Shown: positions 8,710 through 17,483 of the stretch, one piece after another
How the letters are laid out: every line of letters begins with the position of its first letter
Position numbering within the stretch: the first letter of the stretch is position 1
Assembly (NCBI GenBank): GCA_965219995.1
Contig: CBDCOX010000002.1
Coordinates: 1,312,001-1,376,000 of the forward strand
Direction of reading: 5' to 3'
DNA: 64,000 nt
Source of the DNA: Candidatus Latescibacterota bacterium
GTDB taxonomy: Bacteria; Latescibacterota; UBA2968; GCA-2709665
Program-made: the position numbers and the translations under genes
The notes under the pieces: model-generated
The model's database searches: none
What the model saw: only the letters and a program-made list of their open reading frames with translations
Told to the model about the DNA's origin: nothing

Positions 8710-10394
8710 ACCGTGACGACACCCAATTCCTCGGAATTACACGCTTACTCAAGGGGCCCTGGCAGGCATTTGAGCGGGATGTCGCACGTCTATTTATTCA
8801 GAATGGATTCGACGATGTTCAAGTCGTCGGTGGAGTTGGTGATAGGGGTGGGGACGTATTGTCTCGCAAGGGTGGAAAGCTATGGGTTACCCAATGCAAG
8901 CACACTACCTCTTCGCCACCTGCGGTTTCAGCAGTCGATGAAGTCATCGAGGCGGGAGAATACTATGGCGCGGATAGACTCCTTATTGCGTCATCCCGTC
9001 GTGCATCGGACACACTTAGGCTACGGGTTCGGAAAGAACAGAAGCTAGGCTTGGCAATTGAATTAGCAGAGCCGTCGAGGCTCCTCAAATGGATGCGTAA
9101 TAGTAACGAGTATCCCACTCACATCAAGAAACTTCGTCCGTATCAGCTCGAAGCATCCGAAAGCCTACGCAATGCTCTGGTGGATACTGGACGAGGCCAG
9201 TTGGTACTCGCTACAGGTCTCGGTAAAACCGTTATAATGGCCGAAACCGTGGCAAACCTCCTTCGCGACGGTCGCGTGCCCGGAAATCTGGTTCTAGTCC
9301 TTGCGCACACACGTGTACTCGTGGATCAACTCTTACGTGAATTTTGGTTCCAATTGCCGAAGACGGTAGCAACGCACCGATTTGCCGACCAAGAAACGCC
9401 AGTATATTGGGACGGTATAACGTTTGCGACAATTCAGAGTATCTCGCGGAATATTGACATCCTACCCAACTTTGGCTTAGTCGTCGTCGACGAGGTACAT
9501 CACATCGGTGCAGCTACTTTTCAGGAAACTATCGAAGCGCTGTGTCCAAACATGCTCGCTGGCGTTACCGCGACGCCATGGCGAGGTGATGGGTATGATA
9601 TTGACCGCCTCCTCGGGCCCCCGTTGATAAAAATGGGAATTCCCGAAGGCCTAAGAGCCGGATATTTGAGTGACGTTGACTATCGTCTTCTAGCCGACGA
9701 CCTTAATTGGAAATTCGTCCAACAAGCGTCGACTTTCAGTTACTCGCTTTCTCAATTGAACCGAAAGTTGATCCTGACCACTCGAGATGACGAGGCGGCC
9801 AGACTAGCCAGCGAAGCTTTCAGAAACGAAAAACGGCATACCGCAATCGCCTATTGCCCGTCTGGGGTACATGCCAAGACTTTTGCCGCCACATTGAGAC
9901 AGTATGGTTTTCGAGCTGAGGCAATTCTAAATGAAACGCCTTCGAGAGAGAGAGTGCAGCGAATGTCATGGCTAAGAGAAGGAAGAATGCAATTTGCGAC
10001 CGTTGTTGACCTCTTTAATGAAGGAGTCGACGTGCCAGAAGTCGATATGATCGTATTCATGCGGGTAACACATAGTAGACGGATCTTCGTTCAACAGCTT
10101 GGTCGGGGATTGCGAATTGGTCCGGGAAAGGATCGACTGGTTGTATTGGACTTCGTCACTGATTTGAGGCGAATCTCGGAGGTGGTTACACTAGATCAAG
10201 CCGTAAAGGGAGGCAGAATCGAACGCCTCGGACTTGGAAAATCACTAATATCCTTCAATAATCACTCGGCAGGCTCATTTCTTCGCGAATGGATGTTGGA
10301 CCAAGCCTCATTATTGTCAAGGGAGGGAGATCCTCAACTTGAGGTACCGCGATATAACTTCCCGGAGCCGCCTCCTCCAGGGGGTGTGCAATGA
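8706..10394 (+). CDS. Mrr-type PD-(D/E)xK nuclease fused to SF2 (DExH) helicase/translocase
   Basis: N-term WQAFERDVARLF...GDRGGDV...VTQCKH; LRPYQ, ATGLGKT, DEVHH, TATP, FNEGVDVP, QQLGRGLR. TTG start overlaps the upstream TGA. Confidence 0.9.
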   Translation: MNRDDTQFLGITRLLKGPWQAFERDVARLFIQNGFDDVQVVGGVGDRGGDVLSRKGGKLWVTQCKHTTSSPPAVSAVDEVIEAGEYYGADRLLIASSRRASDTLRLRVRKEQKLGLAIELAEPSRLLKWMRNSNEYPTHIKKLRPYQLEASESLRNALVDTGRGQLVLATGLGKTVIMAETVANLLRDGRVPGNLVLVLAHTRVLVDQLLREFWFQLPKTVATHRFADQETPVYWDGITFATIQSISRNIDILPNFGLVVVDEVHHIGAATFQETIEALCPNMLAGVTATPWRGDGYDIDRLLGPPLIKMGIPEGLRAGYLSDVDYRLLADDLNWKFVQQASTFSYSLSQLNRKLILTTRDDEAARLASEAFRNEKRHTAIAYCPSGVHAKTFAATLRQYGFRAEAILNETPSRERVQRMSWLREGRMQFATVVDLFNEGVDVPEVDMIVFMRVTHSRRIFVQQLGRGLRIGPGKDRLVVLDFVTDLRRISEVVTLDQAVKGGRIERLGLGKSLISFNNHSAGSFLREWMLDQASLLSREGDPQLEVPRYNFPEPPPPGGVQ

Positions 10395-10918
10395 AAGTCC
10401 CTGACAGAGTGTTCCTTCGGATCAAACGGACTCTGTGGAAAACCGCAGATGATTTGAATTGGCCGACGCTGACAAACCCGCAAAAGTCAATGATGTTTGA
10501 AGATTGGATAAGGAATGAGCATGTGGGTGGTGTTCTTTCTAGGTATTTGGATAAGGGAAGCGTTCGTGTCTACTTAAAGGACACTATTATGAAGCCTTAT
10601 CTTCGCGAACGCATCAAAGACTTTTCCATTGTGGCAAAGCTTCTTGGGTTATCAAACGCCCTCGTCGTGCAGTCGTACATTAAGCCCCACGGGCGCCGGC
10701 TTGCCGACGGTAGGGTTGTTTGTTGGGGACTGGCAAGGGATTGGAAGAGTATTTTATTCGCGGTCTTTGAAAGGGCGCATGTTGTTCCATCCGCAGTCCC
10801 ATTTGCCGCAGTGATACTGTATCCGACTCAGCAATGCCAACAACCGGCATATCGCGAAATGATCGAGGCTGCTACGTCAAGACTGGGTATACGGCGGCTT
10901 GAATGGTACGACAATTAG
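10391..10918 (+). CDS. Hypothetical 175-aa protein in the defence operon
   Basis: ATGA overlap with the helicase stop; globular, protein-like composition; no motif recognised. Confidence 0.75.
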   Translation: MKVPDRVFLRIKRTLWKTADDLNWPTLTNPQKSMMFEDWIRNEHVGGVLSRYLDKGSVRVYLKDTIMKPYLRERIKDFSIVAKLLGLSNALVVQSYIKPHGRRLADGRVVCWGLARDWKSILFAVFERAHVVPSAVPFAAVILYPTQQCQQPAYREMIEAATSRLGIRRLEWYDN

Positions 10919-11016
10919 TGTCTTACAGGAAGATTTCTATGCAGAATGCGTTGATGTCTTGTCATCCTGTCAGTATTTCAAAAAGGCGTTACGATCGCCC
11001 CACCGCATCAGAAGAC

Positions 11017-11078
11017 GCCGGCCCTTCGACAAGCTCAGGGATCGGCTTAGCTTCTGCGACTCTCCCTCAGGCGGGAGT
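11017..11078. repeat. REP-like palindromic remnant (CCCTTCGACAAGCTCAGGG type) plus a second hairpin
   Basis: gccggcccttcgacaagctcagggatcggc hairpin followed by gactctccctcaggcgggagtc. Confidence 0.5.
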
Positions 11079-11162
11079 CCTCAATCCGTTGAAACGGCGC
11101 ACGCATTCGCTTGCGCCTATTTGGTTGGGGCTGAGCATAGCGAAACCGCGCTAGGATATGGT

Positions 11163-11600
11163 ATGAAAGACCCGTTAACCCGCGAACAACGGAGCAAACG
11201 TATGTCGCTTGTTCGCGCCAAGGACACAAAGGCAGAGATGCGGGTTCGGAAGATATTCCATTCACTTGGGTACCGGTACCGACTTCACATACGCGACTTA
11301 CCAGGCTGCCCTGATCTCGTTGTACGCCGTCGCAAAAAAGCAATCTTCGTTCATGGGTGTTTCTGGCACCAGCACAACTGCTCGATGGGCAACCGCATGC
11401 CGAAAACCAGGATCGATTTTTGGCGGGAGAAGCTGGACGGGAACAAAAAGAGAGACGTTGAGAATATCCGTCTATTGATGGACCACGGCTGGTCGGTATT
11501 GGTCATTTGGGAATGTGAGACAAAGCCGTCCAACCTTGGCGATTTGGCTTCGCGAATCGTGTCGTTTATGGAATGCCCGTCTCAATTGGCATCGATGTAA
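11163..11600 (+). CDS. vsr: Very short patch repair endonuclease
   Basis: MKDPLTREQRSKRMSLVRAKDTKAEM...LPGCPDLV...IFVHGCFWHQH...FWREKL..N..RD...GWSVLVIWECE. True start ATG 11163. Confidence 0.95.
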   Translation: MKDPLTREQRSKRMSLVRAKDTKAEMRVRKIFHSLGYRYRLHIRDLPGCPDLVVRRRKKAIFVHGCFWHQHNCSMGNRMPKTRIDFWREKLDGNKKRDVENIRLLMDHGWSVLVIWECETKPSNLGDLASRIVSFMECPSQLASM

Positions 11601-11827
11601 CTGGCCAATTTTCGCGAGCAACGTCATGAGGAATTCGACCTCGAAACCGCATAACGTATCCCGGAGTCGGGCTACGACAGTGTACATTATGGGCAACTCG
11701 CAAAACCCAAGTGACGTTTGTTGTTAATTGATCTTTCTCTCGGTACGTACTTTATTAATCTGTTCCCGTGTCATGCTGCGAAGGAATAAAGGCGAACCGC
11801 CCGTTGAGCAATACGACGTAGACACCT

Positions 11828-12283
11828 GTGATCGATCGCGCGTCGCATGAACGAATTTGTAGTCAACAGGATCAAGGTCTAATGACCCAGACATGCATTT
11901 ACGTCATGTCCGCGGTCTTCGCGCGGAAACCGCATAGCCCACTCCACTTACGCCCATCATGGCTTCATGGCTGGTTCCGCCGGATGGCTGGTGTACCGCT
12001 GCTGCTGCTGATCGTCGCCATTTCGACCATGGCGTCAGCGCAGGAGCGGCCGCTGAGGTTCACGTCGACGGCGTGGTCGCCGTTCACGAACGCCCCGCAG
12101 CGTTCCTACGAGCTCTTCGAGTCGGGCAAGGCTACTGCGATGCCGGTTGAGGCATGTCGCTTCTACTTCGGCGGTAAGGGTTGCGAAGACTGGTGCAGCG
12201 TGCCCGAAAAATTCAATGCCCTGGACGTCGACAACCCCGATGCGCGTAGCCTCAAGATCAAAGTCTTCACCTTCAAGTCTTGA
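11828..12283 (+). pseudogene. Probable chimeric gene remnant (signal peptide/solute-binding-protein N-terminus joined to an unrelated C-terminus)
   Basis: PLLLLIVAISTMASAQERPLRFTSTAWSPFTN resembles the start of a family-3 SBP, but the ORF ends about 60 aa later. Confidence 0.35.
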
Positions 12284-12363
12284 CCGGACCTGATTTGGAG
12301 CCAGTAACGGGGTGAGAGGAGAGATGAGGGATGGCGGGGCAACGAATCGATCAGCCACGATAG

Positions 12364-14817
12364 TTATTCATCTCGCAAGGCATCAATCGGATTGGCTTGT
12401 GCTGCGCGGACTGCCTGGATACTAACGGTTACGAATGCAATGAATAGAGCCAGTGTCGCGCTCGCGACAAAGGGCACGACAGTCAACGAGGTCCGATACG
12501 CAAACCCGGAAAGCCAGTCGCGCATCAGATAATAGGCGATTGGCCAGGCGACCACGCTGGCAACGAGAATAAGAAGCAGGAATTCACGCGAGAGCAGCAT
12601 CACCAGATGCGGCGTGGATGCGCCAAGTACCTTTCGAACGCCGATTTCCTTGGTGCGAGACTGGACCATAAACGCCACAAGTCCGAACAACCCCATGCAC
12701 GCCACGAAGATTGCCAGCAATGAAAACACCCCGAGCATTTTACCCGTGCGTATCTCATTGAAATAGATCCACTCCATGAACTCATCCATGAAATGATATT
12801 CAAATGGCTCATCCGGCACGAAGCGTTTCCATTGCGATTCGAGAAAAGCAAGGGTCTGCGCGGTCCCTTCCGGTCGGATGCGCAGGTTCAGCGAATAAAA
12901 GAACTCCGAGCGGGCGATAAAACCCAGGGGCTCTATTTCTGCTCGTAGCGACAGGGCGTGGTAGTCTCTCACAACCCCGATTACGGTCACTACCTGGTCC
13001 TTAAAGGCAGGTGACTCGATCTGTCTGCCAATTGGATCATTCTCCCATCCGAGCAGACGCACGGCGGTTTCATTCAGAATAATGGCCTGTGATGTATCGC
13101 TGGCTACATCTGCTGAAAAAGCGCGACCGAGCAGCACGGGGACGTCAAATGTCTCGAAGAATGAACCGTCAACTTCGTTAATGCGAATTGTACGTTCTCG
13201 TGTCCGGTCCCCATCGGGCCAGATCAAGCGCGGCCGTCCTGCGTATCCCGCTATTCTGTACCGCACTGCCGACGCCCTCAGGACATTGGGGTGTTCGAGG
13301 AATACCTGCTTCACCATCTCGTGGCGTGCCGAGAGACGTTTTTTCGGGTTCGGTTCCGCGAAAACGTCATGACTGAAAATGGGTAGGCTAACAATATGAC
13401 CGCGTGCGAACCCCAGATCTTTCGTGTCTATGTATCGCAATTGCTGATAGACGACGAGCGTGCAGATGACCAGCAAAATGGATGTACCGAACTGAAAAAC
13501 CACGAGTCCCTTCTTCAGCCATGCAGTTCCAGAGGATGAAAACGTACCGCCCCTTAGCGCGGTTACCGGGAGAAAGGAGGACAGGAAGAATGCAGGATAC
13601 GCGCCTGCCAGTAGTCCGGCCAATACCGTTAATGCCAATACTGCCGGCGCAGATGCCGCAATTATCGACACATCGATGTGCAGATCGCTCTGTGCGAATT
13701 GATTGAATAGAGGCACGGATATATCTGCGAGCGCCAGGGCAATCAGCAGCGCGATGCCGGTCAATAGCAGGGATTCGCCCAAAAACTGAACCATCAGTTG
13801 CGGCCGGTGCGCCCCGACCACCTTTCGCACGCCCACTTCCCGCTTCCGGGTGACAGCCCGCGCGGTCGCCAGATTGGTAAAATTCACGCACGCGATGACG
13901 ACAACGATCATTCCGATGGTCGCGAGCATGTAAATTCGTTGAATGCGGCCCCAGTCCTTGGGATTGAAATCGGATGTGCCGTACAGGTACACCCGGTGAA
14001 TCGGCTGGAGATGAAACGCTGATTTTGTCGCAATTTCACCCCCCATGAACCGCTCGATTAGCGACTGCATTTTCGTTTGCAGGGATCTGTGGTCTTGTCC
14101 GGCTTTGAGTAGTACAAAAGTCTCCACGGGCCGCCAGGAGAGCATTGGCTGCCACATTGTCCACTTATCCCTTACTTCCCCGACGGGCGTCACCGTTGTT
14201 GAGAGGATCTGAAAATTTAGGCCTGACGAGGGATGCGGCGCCTTCAGGATCCCGGTCACTGTATATTCGCCGGGAAACACGGTGCTTTCGACTGAGAAAG
14301 ACCGGCCCATCGGGTCATCGTCGCCAAACAGGTGGCGAGCCATGTCCTCGGTAACGATCACCGAGTTTGGGAATCGAAATGCAATCTCCGGATCGCCACG
14401 TATCAAGTCGAAATCAAAGACTCTCAGAAAGCCGTCGTCAACCAGCGCGAACTCATACTCACCCGTTCGCTCTCCGTATTGCGCGTTCACGGGCCATCGC
14501 CAGAAACGTATGGTTGTCTCTACCTCGGGAAACGACGCTTCCAACTCCGGTCCGAGCGCGCCCGAGGTCCCGCTCTCGTAGGTTGTTCGCGTTGTTTTGC
14601 GCACTTCTCGAATCACTTTGTAAATCCGATCGCCCAGAGTGTAGAATCTATCGACCGAAAACTCCTGCTTGACGTACAACAGGATCAGAATGGCACCCGC
14701 CAACCCGATCGCGAGACCCAACACATTGACGGCGGTGTACAATTTGTGCCGCAGCAAGTTGCGGACAGCGACAGTCAGGAGATTCTTGATCACGGGTATT
14801 TCCGTAGGGACGAACAT
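12364..14817 (-). CDS. ABC transporter permease, MacB/FtsX double-domain type
   Basis: KNLLTVAVRNLLRHKLYTAVNVLGLAIG, NFTNLATA, REVGVRKVVGA, KEIGVRKVLGA, ANPIDALRDE. GTG 14793 is an alternative start. No ATPase partner in the window. Confidence 0.93.
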   Translation of the reverse strand: MFVPTEIPVIKNLLTVAVRNLLRHKLYTAVNVLGLAIGLAGAILILLYVKQEFSVDRFYTLGDRIYKVIREVRKTTRTTYESGTSGALGPELEASFPEVETTIRFWRWPVNAQYGERTGEYEFALVDDGFLRVFDFDLIRGDPEIAFRFPNSVIVTEDMARHLFGDDDPMGRSFSVESTVFPGEYTVTGILKAPHPSSGLNFQILSTTVTPVGEVRDKWTMWQPMLSWRPVETFVLLKAGQDHRSLQTKMQSLIERFMGGEIATKSAFHLQPIHRVYLYGTSDFNPKDWGRIQRIYMLATIGMIVVVIACVNFTNLATARAVTRKREVGVRKVVGAHRPQLMVQFLGESLLLTGIALLIALALADISVPLFNQFAQSDLHIDVSIIAASAPAVLALTVLAGLLAGAYPAFFLSSFLPVTALRGGTFSSSGTAWLKKGLVVFQFGTSILLVICTLVVYQQLRYIDTKDLGFARGHIVSLPIFSHDVFAEPNPKKRLSARHEMVKQVFLEHPNVLRASAVRYRIAGYAGRPRLIWPDGDRTRERTIRINEVDGSFFETFDVPVLLGRAFSADVASDTSQAIILNETAVRLLGWENDPIGRQIESPAFKDQVVTVIGVVRDYHALSLRAEIEPLGFIARSEFFYSLNLRIRPEGTAQTLAFLESQWKRFVPDEPFEYHFMDEFMEWIYFNEIRTGKMLGVFSLLAIFVACMGLFGLVAFMVQSRTKEIGVRKVLGASTPHLVMLLSREFLLLILVASVVAWPIAYYLMRDWLSGFAYRTSLTVVPFVASATLALFIAFVTVSIQAVRAAQANPIDALRDE

Positions 14818-15150
14818 CCTCGCATACGAGCCACGAGGTCGATTTCAATTGGAATGAAGACTTAACCGGGTCAATCTTACAACGTATCTGGATGCAGGCC
14901 GAGTCAATATCGTCAACCCGCCGCTAATATTCAACAGCAATAACCCTGCCAAACGACTTAATTATATAAATAATAACAGGTTGCTGATTTATGCGCAAAT
15001 CTGCTGCCTATAAAGTGTTCGATTTCAATACAGTACTGTCCGATTTCGATACAGTCGCACGCGGCCAGGGTGGCGGCGTTGGGCCGTAATTGCTCGTGTA
15101 AACAGGCAACAATGATCAGGGAGTGCGGCTCTAGTGCGCCACGAGAGGCC

Positions 15151-15174
15151 GGGCGCCCGCAAGGGACGCCCCTA
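15151..15174. repeat. GTAG-type REP palindrome, copy 1 (copy 2 at 48253-48276)
   Basis: gggcgcccgcaagggacgccccta vs gggcgcccacaagggacgcaccta, 22/24 identical. Confidence 0.65.
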
Positions 15175-15273
15175 AAAAGCGTGGGGAGTGAATCCTGGTT
15201 ACGACGTTGAGTCGCTTCATCGGATCGCTCAATGGTTTCTTCCATGTGCACTCAAGTATGGATATTTTGAGAT

Positions 15274-15298
15274 GGGCAGACGGGAATGTCCGCCCCAC
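15274..15298. repeat. REP-like palindrome GGGCAGAC-GGGAAT-GTCCGCCC-CAC
   Basis: Imperfect 8-bp hairpin with a GTGG foot on the minus strand. Confidence 0.45.
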
Positions 15299-15370
15299 CT
15301 TCCGAATCCGCATTCCAAACGTGTCGACGGGTCATTGACGGAGTGTGTCTTTCGTACGGGAGTAGCGAAA

Positions 15371-16156
15371 ATGGTGAGGCGACGAACAGGGTTGGCGACG
15401 ATATTTCTGACGATTCTCGCGCTTGCCGCCGCGGGCGTAGCCACAGAACCGAGCGATGAGGACCTGAAGGACGTCCGGAGGCGGGCCGGGCGAGGGGATG
15501 CGGAGGCCCAGTTCGTTCTCGGCACGATGTACGGCAACGGTCTCGGCGTTCCCCGGGACTTCGCGGAGGCGGTCAGGTGGTTCCGTCCGGCCGCCGAGCA
15601 GGGTCACGCGGCGGCGCAAAACAGCCTGGGATGGATGTACGCCAACGGCCTCGGCGTCGAGCGGGATCTCGATCAGGCGATCAGATGGTACCGCGCCGCG
15701 GCGAAACAGGGTCACGCCGACGCCCGTTTCAATCTTGGCACGGCATATAACAGGGGGCGCGGCGTGAAACAGGACCGCGCGAAAGCGCTCGCTTTCTATC
15801 GCGAAGCCGCCCGTCAGGACCACGCGGGCGCCCAGTACCTTCTGGGAATCATGTACGCCAACGCCCGCGGGACGCCCCGGGACTACGCAAAAGCGTTCAA
15901 ATGGTTCCGCCTGTCGGCCGACCGGGGCTTTGCGCGGGCACGATCTCAACTCGGGATGATGTACGCCATGGGCCTCGGCGTGGAACGGAACGACGTTACC
16001 GCCCACGCGCACTGCAATCTGGCCGCCGCCGCGGGAGACAGCCTGGGCGGCGTTGTGCGCGACAACCTGGAAAAGACAATGACCCCCGCGCAGATCTCGC
16101 AAGCCCGCCACCTCGCAGAGGAGTGGCGAAAGAAAGCGGAGAACGTAAAGGAATGA
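15371..16156 (+). CDS. Secreted Sel1-repeat (TPR-like) protein
   Basis: Signal peptide, then about 5 repeats of AxxGxAxAQxxLGxMYxxGxGVxxD. Start ATG 15371 preferred. Confidence 0.93.
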   Translation: MVRRRTGLATIFLTILALAAAGVATEPSDEDLKDVRRRAGRGDAEAQFVLGTMYGNGLGVPRDFAEAVRWFRPAAEQGHAAAQNSLGWMYANGLGVERDLDQAIRWYRAAAKQGHADARFNLGTAYNRGRGVKQDRAKALAFYREAARQDHAGAQYLLGIMYANARGTPRDYAKAFKWFRLSADRGFARARSQLGMMYAMGLGVERNDVTAHAHCNLAAAAGDSLGGVVRDNLEKTMTPAQISQARHLAEEWRKKAENVKE

Positions 16157-16291
16157 ACGGCGCGGACCGGAAAAAGAAGGGGTATGATGCAGTCACCCGA
16201 AGCACACGGGGATAGCGGCCGATCCCGGCGAGAACGACCATGCCGCAACTGACGCCACGGCAGGAACGTGAGAATTTCTCGGAAAAAAACG

Positions 16292-16314
16292 AGGCCCCTG
16301 AGATTCGGGGGCCT
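16292..16314. terminator. Bidirectional intrinsic terminator between convergent sel1 and NYN genes
   Basis: A-tract, AGGCCCCTGA-gat-TCGGGGGCCT, then ttatt. Confidence 0.6.
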
Positions 16315-16398
16315 TTATTGTTGACCGGCGCGGACTGGATGCGCGCAGCTCGGGCAAGAATTGGGACGCCGCCGCGACGAGATACGTTCCGGCGTCAC

Positions 16399-17022
16399 TC
16401 AATCAGCCAACTGTCTCTTGGACAAATCAATGGAAACGGAAAGTCGAGGATCTCCTATAGGGTCGCCCTGCCTCGGATGTTCCAGAAACGTAATGCTATC
16501 ATAGAAATCATCCAGCGACACAAATACGCCGTACTGTTCTGCCCATTCCCTCATCCTTCGATTGCAGCTGTACTTCCACGATACGACCTCAATTCGCCAT
16601 CCGCGCTTTTGCATTCGAGACAAATCGGCGTGAAATCCAACGCCGTCCAGAAAGCCTGCGCCGTCGCCGGTCAACATGACGACTGTGCCTGGATCTCCAT
16701 TGTTGTCGAAACCATCCCGCAACATTTCTGTCTGCAATATCTGGTCTACTCCCTGTTCGCGTCCGTACAAGGTACCTCGTTCCAGCAGCCTCACCTCCAC
16801 ACCGCTGTTTTCTAACCGATTCCAAACACTTCTCAGTTCCGGCGGGACGGAACCAGCGGCAACTGCCCGTCTGACAGTTCGCCCCGCGTGCGCCAACTTC
16901 AACATATTCGGGAAATGAATCCGTACGCGAGACCGGGCCGATTCGCCTTCCCTCTCAACGGCAACGTCCTGAGCACCAATGAAGATGTTTGAATTATCCC
17001 AATAGATGAAAACATCATCCAT
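16399..17022 (-). CDS. NYN-domain (PIN-like, LabA/DUF88) protein
   Basis: FIYWDNSNIF, EQGVDQIL, MLTGDGAGF, GWRIEVVSW, FVSLDDF. Start ATG 17022. Confidence 0.88.
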   Translation of the reverse strand: MDDVFIYWDNSNIFIGAQDVAVEREGESARSRVRIHFPNMLKLAHAGRTVRRAVAAGSVPPELRSVWNRLENSGVEVRLLERGTLYGREQGVDQILQTEMLRDGFDNNGDPGTVVMLTGDGAGFLDGVGFHADLSRMQKRGWRIEVVSWKYSCNRRMREWAEQYGVFVSLDDFYDSITFLEHPRQGDPIGDPRLSVSIDLSKRQLAD

Positions 17023-17447
17023 CTTCCATAACCCCCGTGTCTTGCCAATCCGTGGTTCGAGAGGCTGTACCATCGTGGCATGTAAACCGGCCCGATACAC
17101 CTCCCGTGCACGTGCCGCACGCGTTTGCATCACGTATCCCGTCTTCCACGTCTCCACTCACAGTTCTCACGATCAAGCTTGTCGATTGTGCTGCATCTGC
17201 AGCAATCCAACTATGGAAATGTCCACAATTTCGTGGCATCTTGTCAAGTAGAAACATCCAATCGATCAACCATAGTGTACGCCGAACCGTCTAGTCGCGC
17301 GGCGGGAACGATACAATTGGACGACCACCCATTGACGTATTGAATGTTCATTTCAAACGACAGTCGAGGTGCTGCAAATCCGATCCAAATTAAACATGAG
17401 GCCATCAATCATCACAACAGTCACGGCGCATGCACACGAATTTTCAG

Positions 17448-17475
17448 TTGACTTTTTGCATTCAAAATGCATAAT
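17448..17475 (+). promoter_or_regulatory. Sigma70-like, probably leaderless promoter with overlapping palindrome
   Basis: TTGACT-16nt-CATAAT ending 8 nt before ATG 17484, no SD; TGCATT-CAA-AATGCA at 17457-17471. Confidence 0.55.
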
Positions 17476-17483
17476 TTCCAGTC

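Noticed and set aside
10899-11162. N-terminal extension of Vsr
   Set aside because: Translates through REP-like intergenic repeats (PFDKLRDR); canonical Vsr begins at 11163.
5071-11600. DISARM class II or BREX assignment
   Set aside because: No DUF1998 (DrmB), PLD (DrmC), PglZ or BrxC homolog recognisable.
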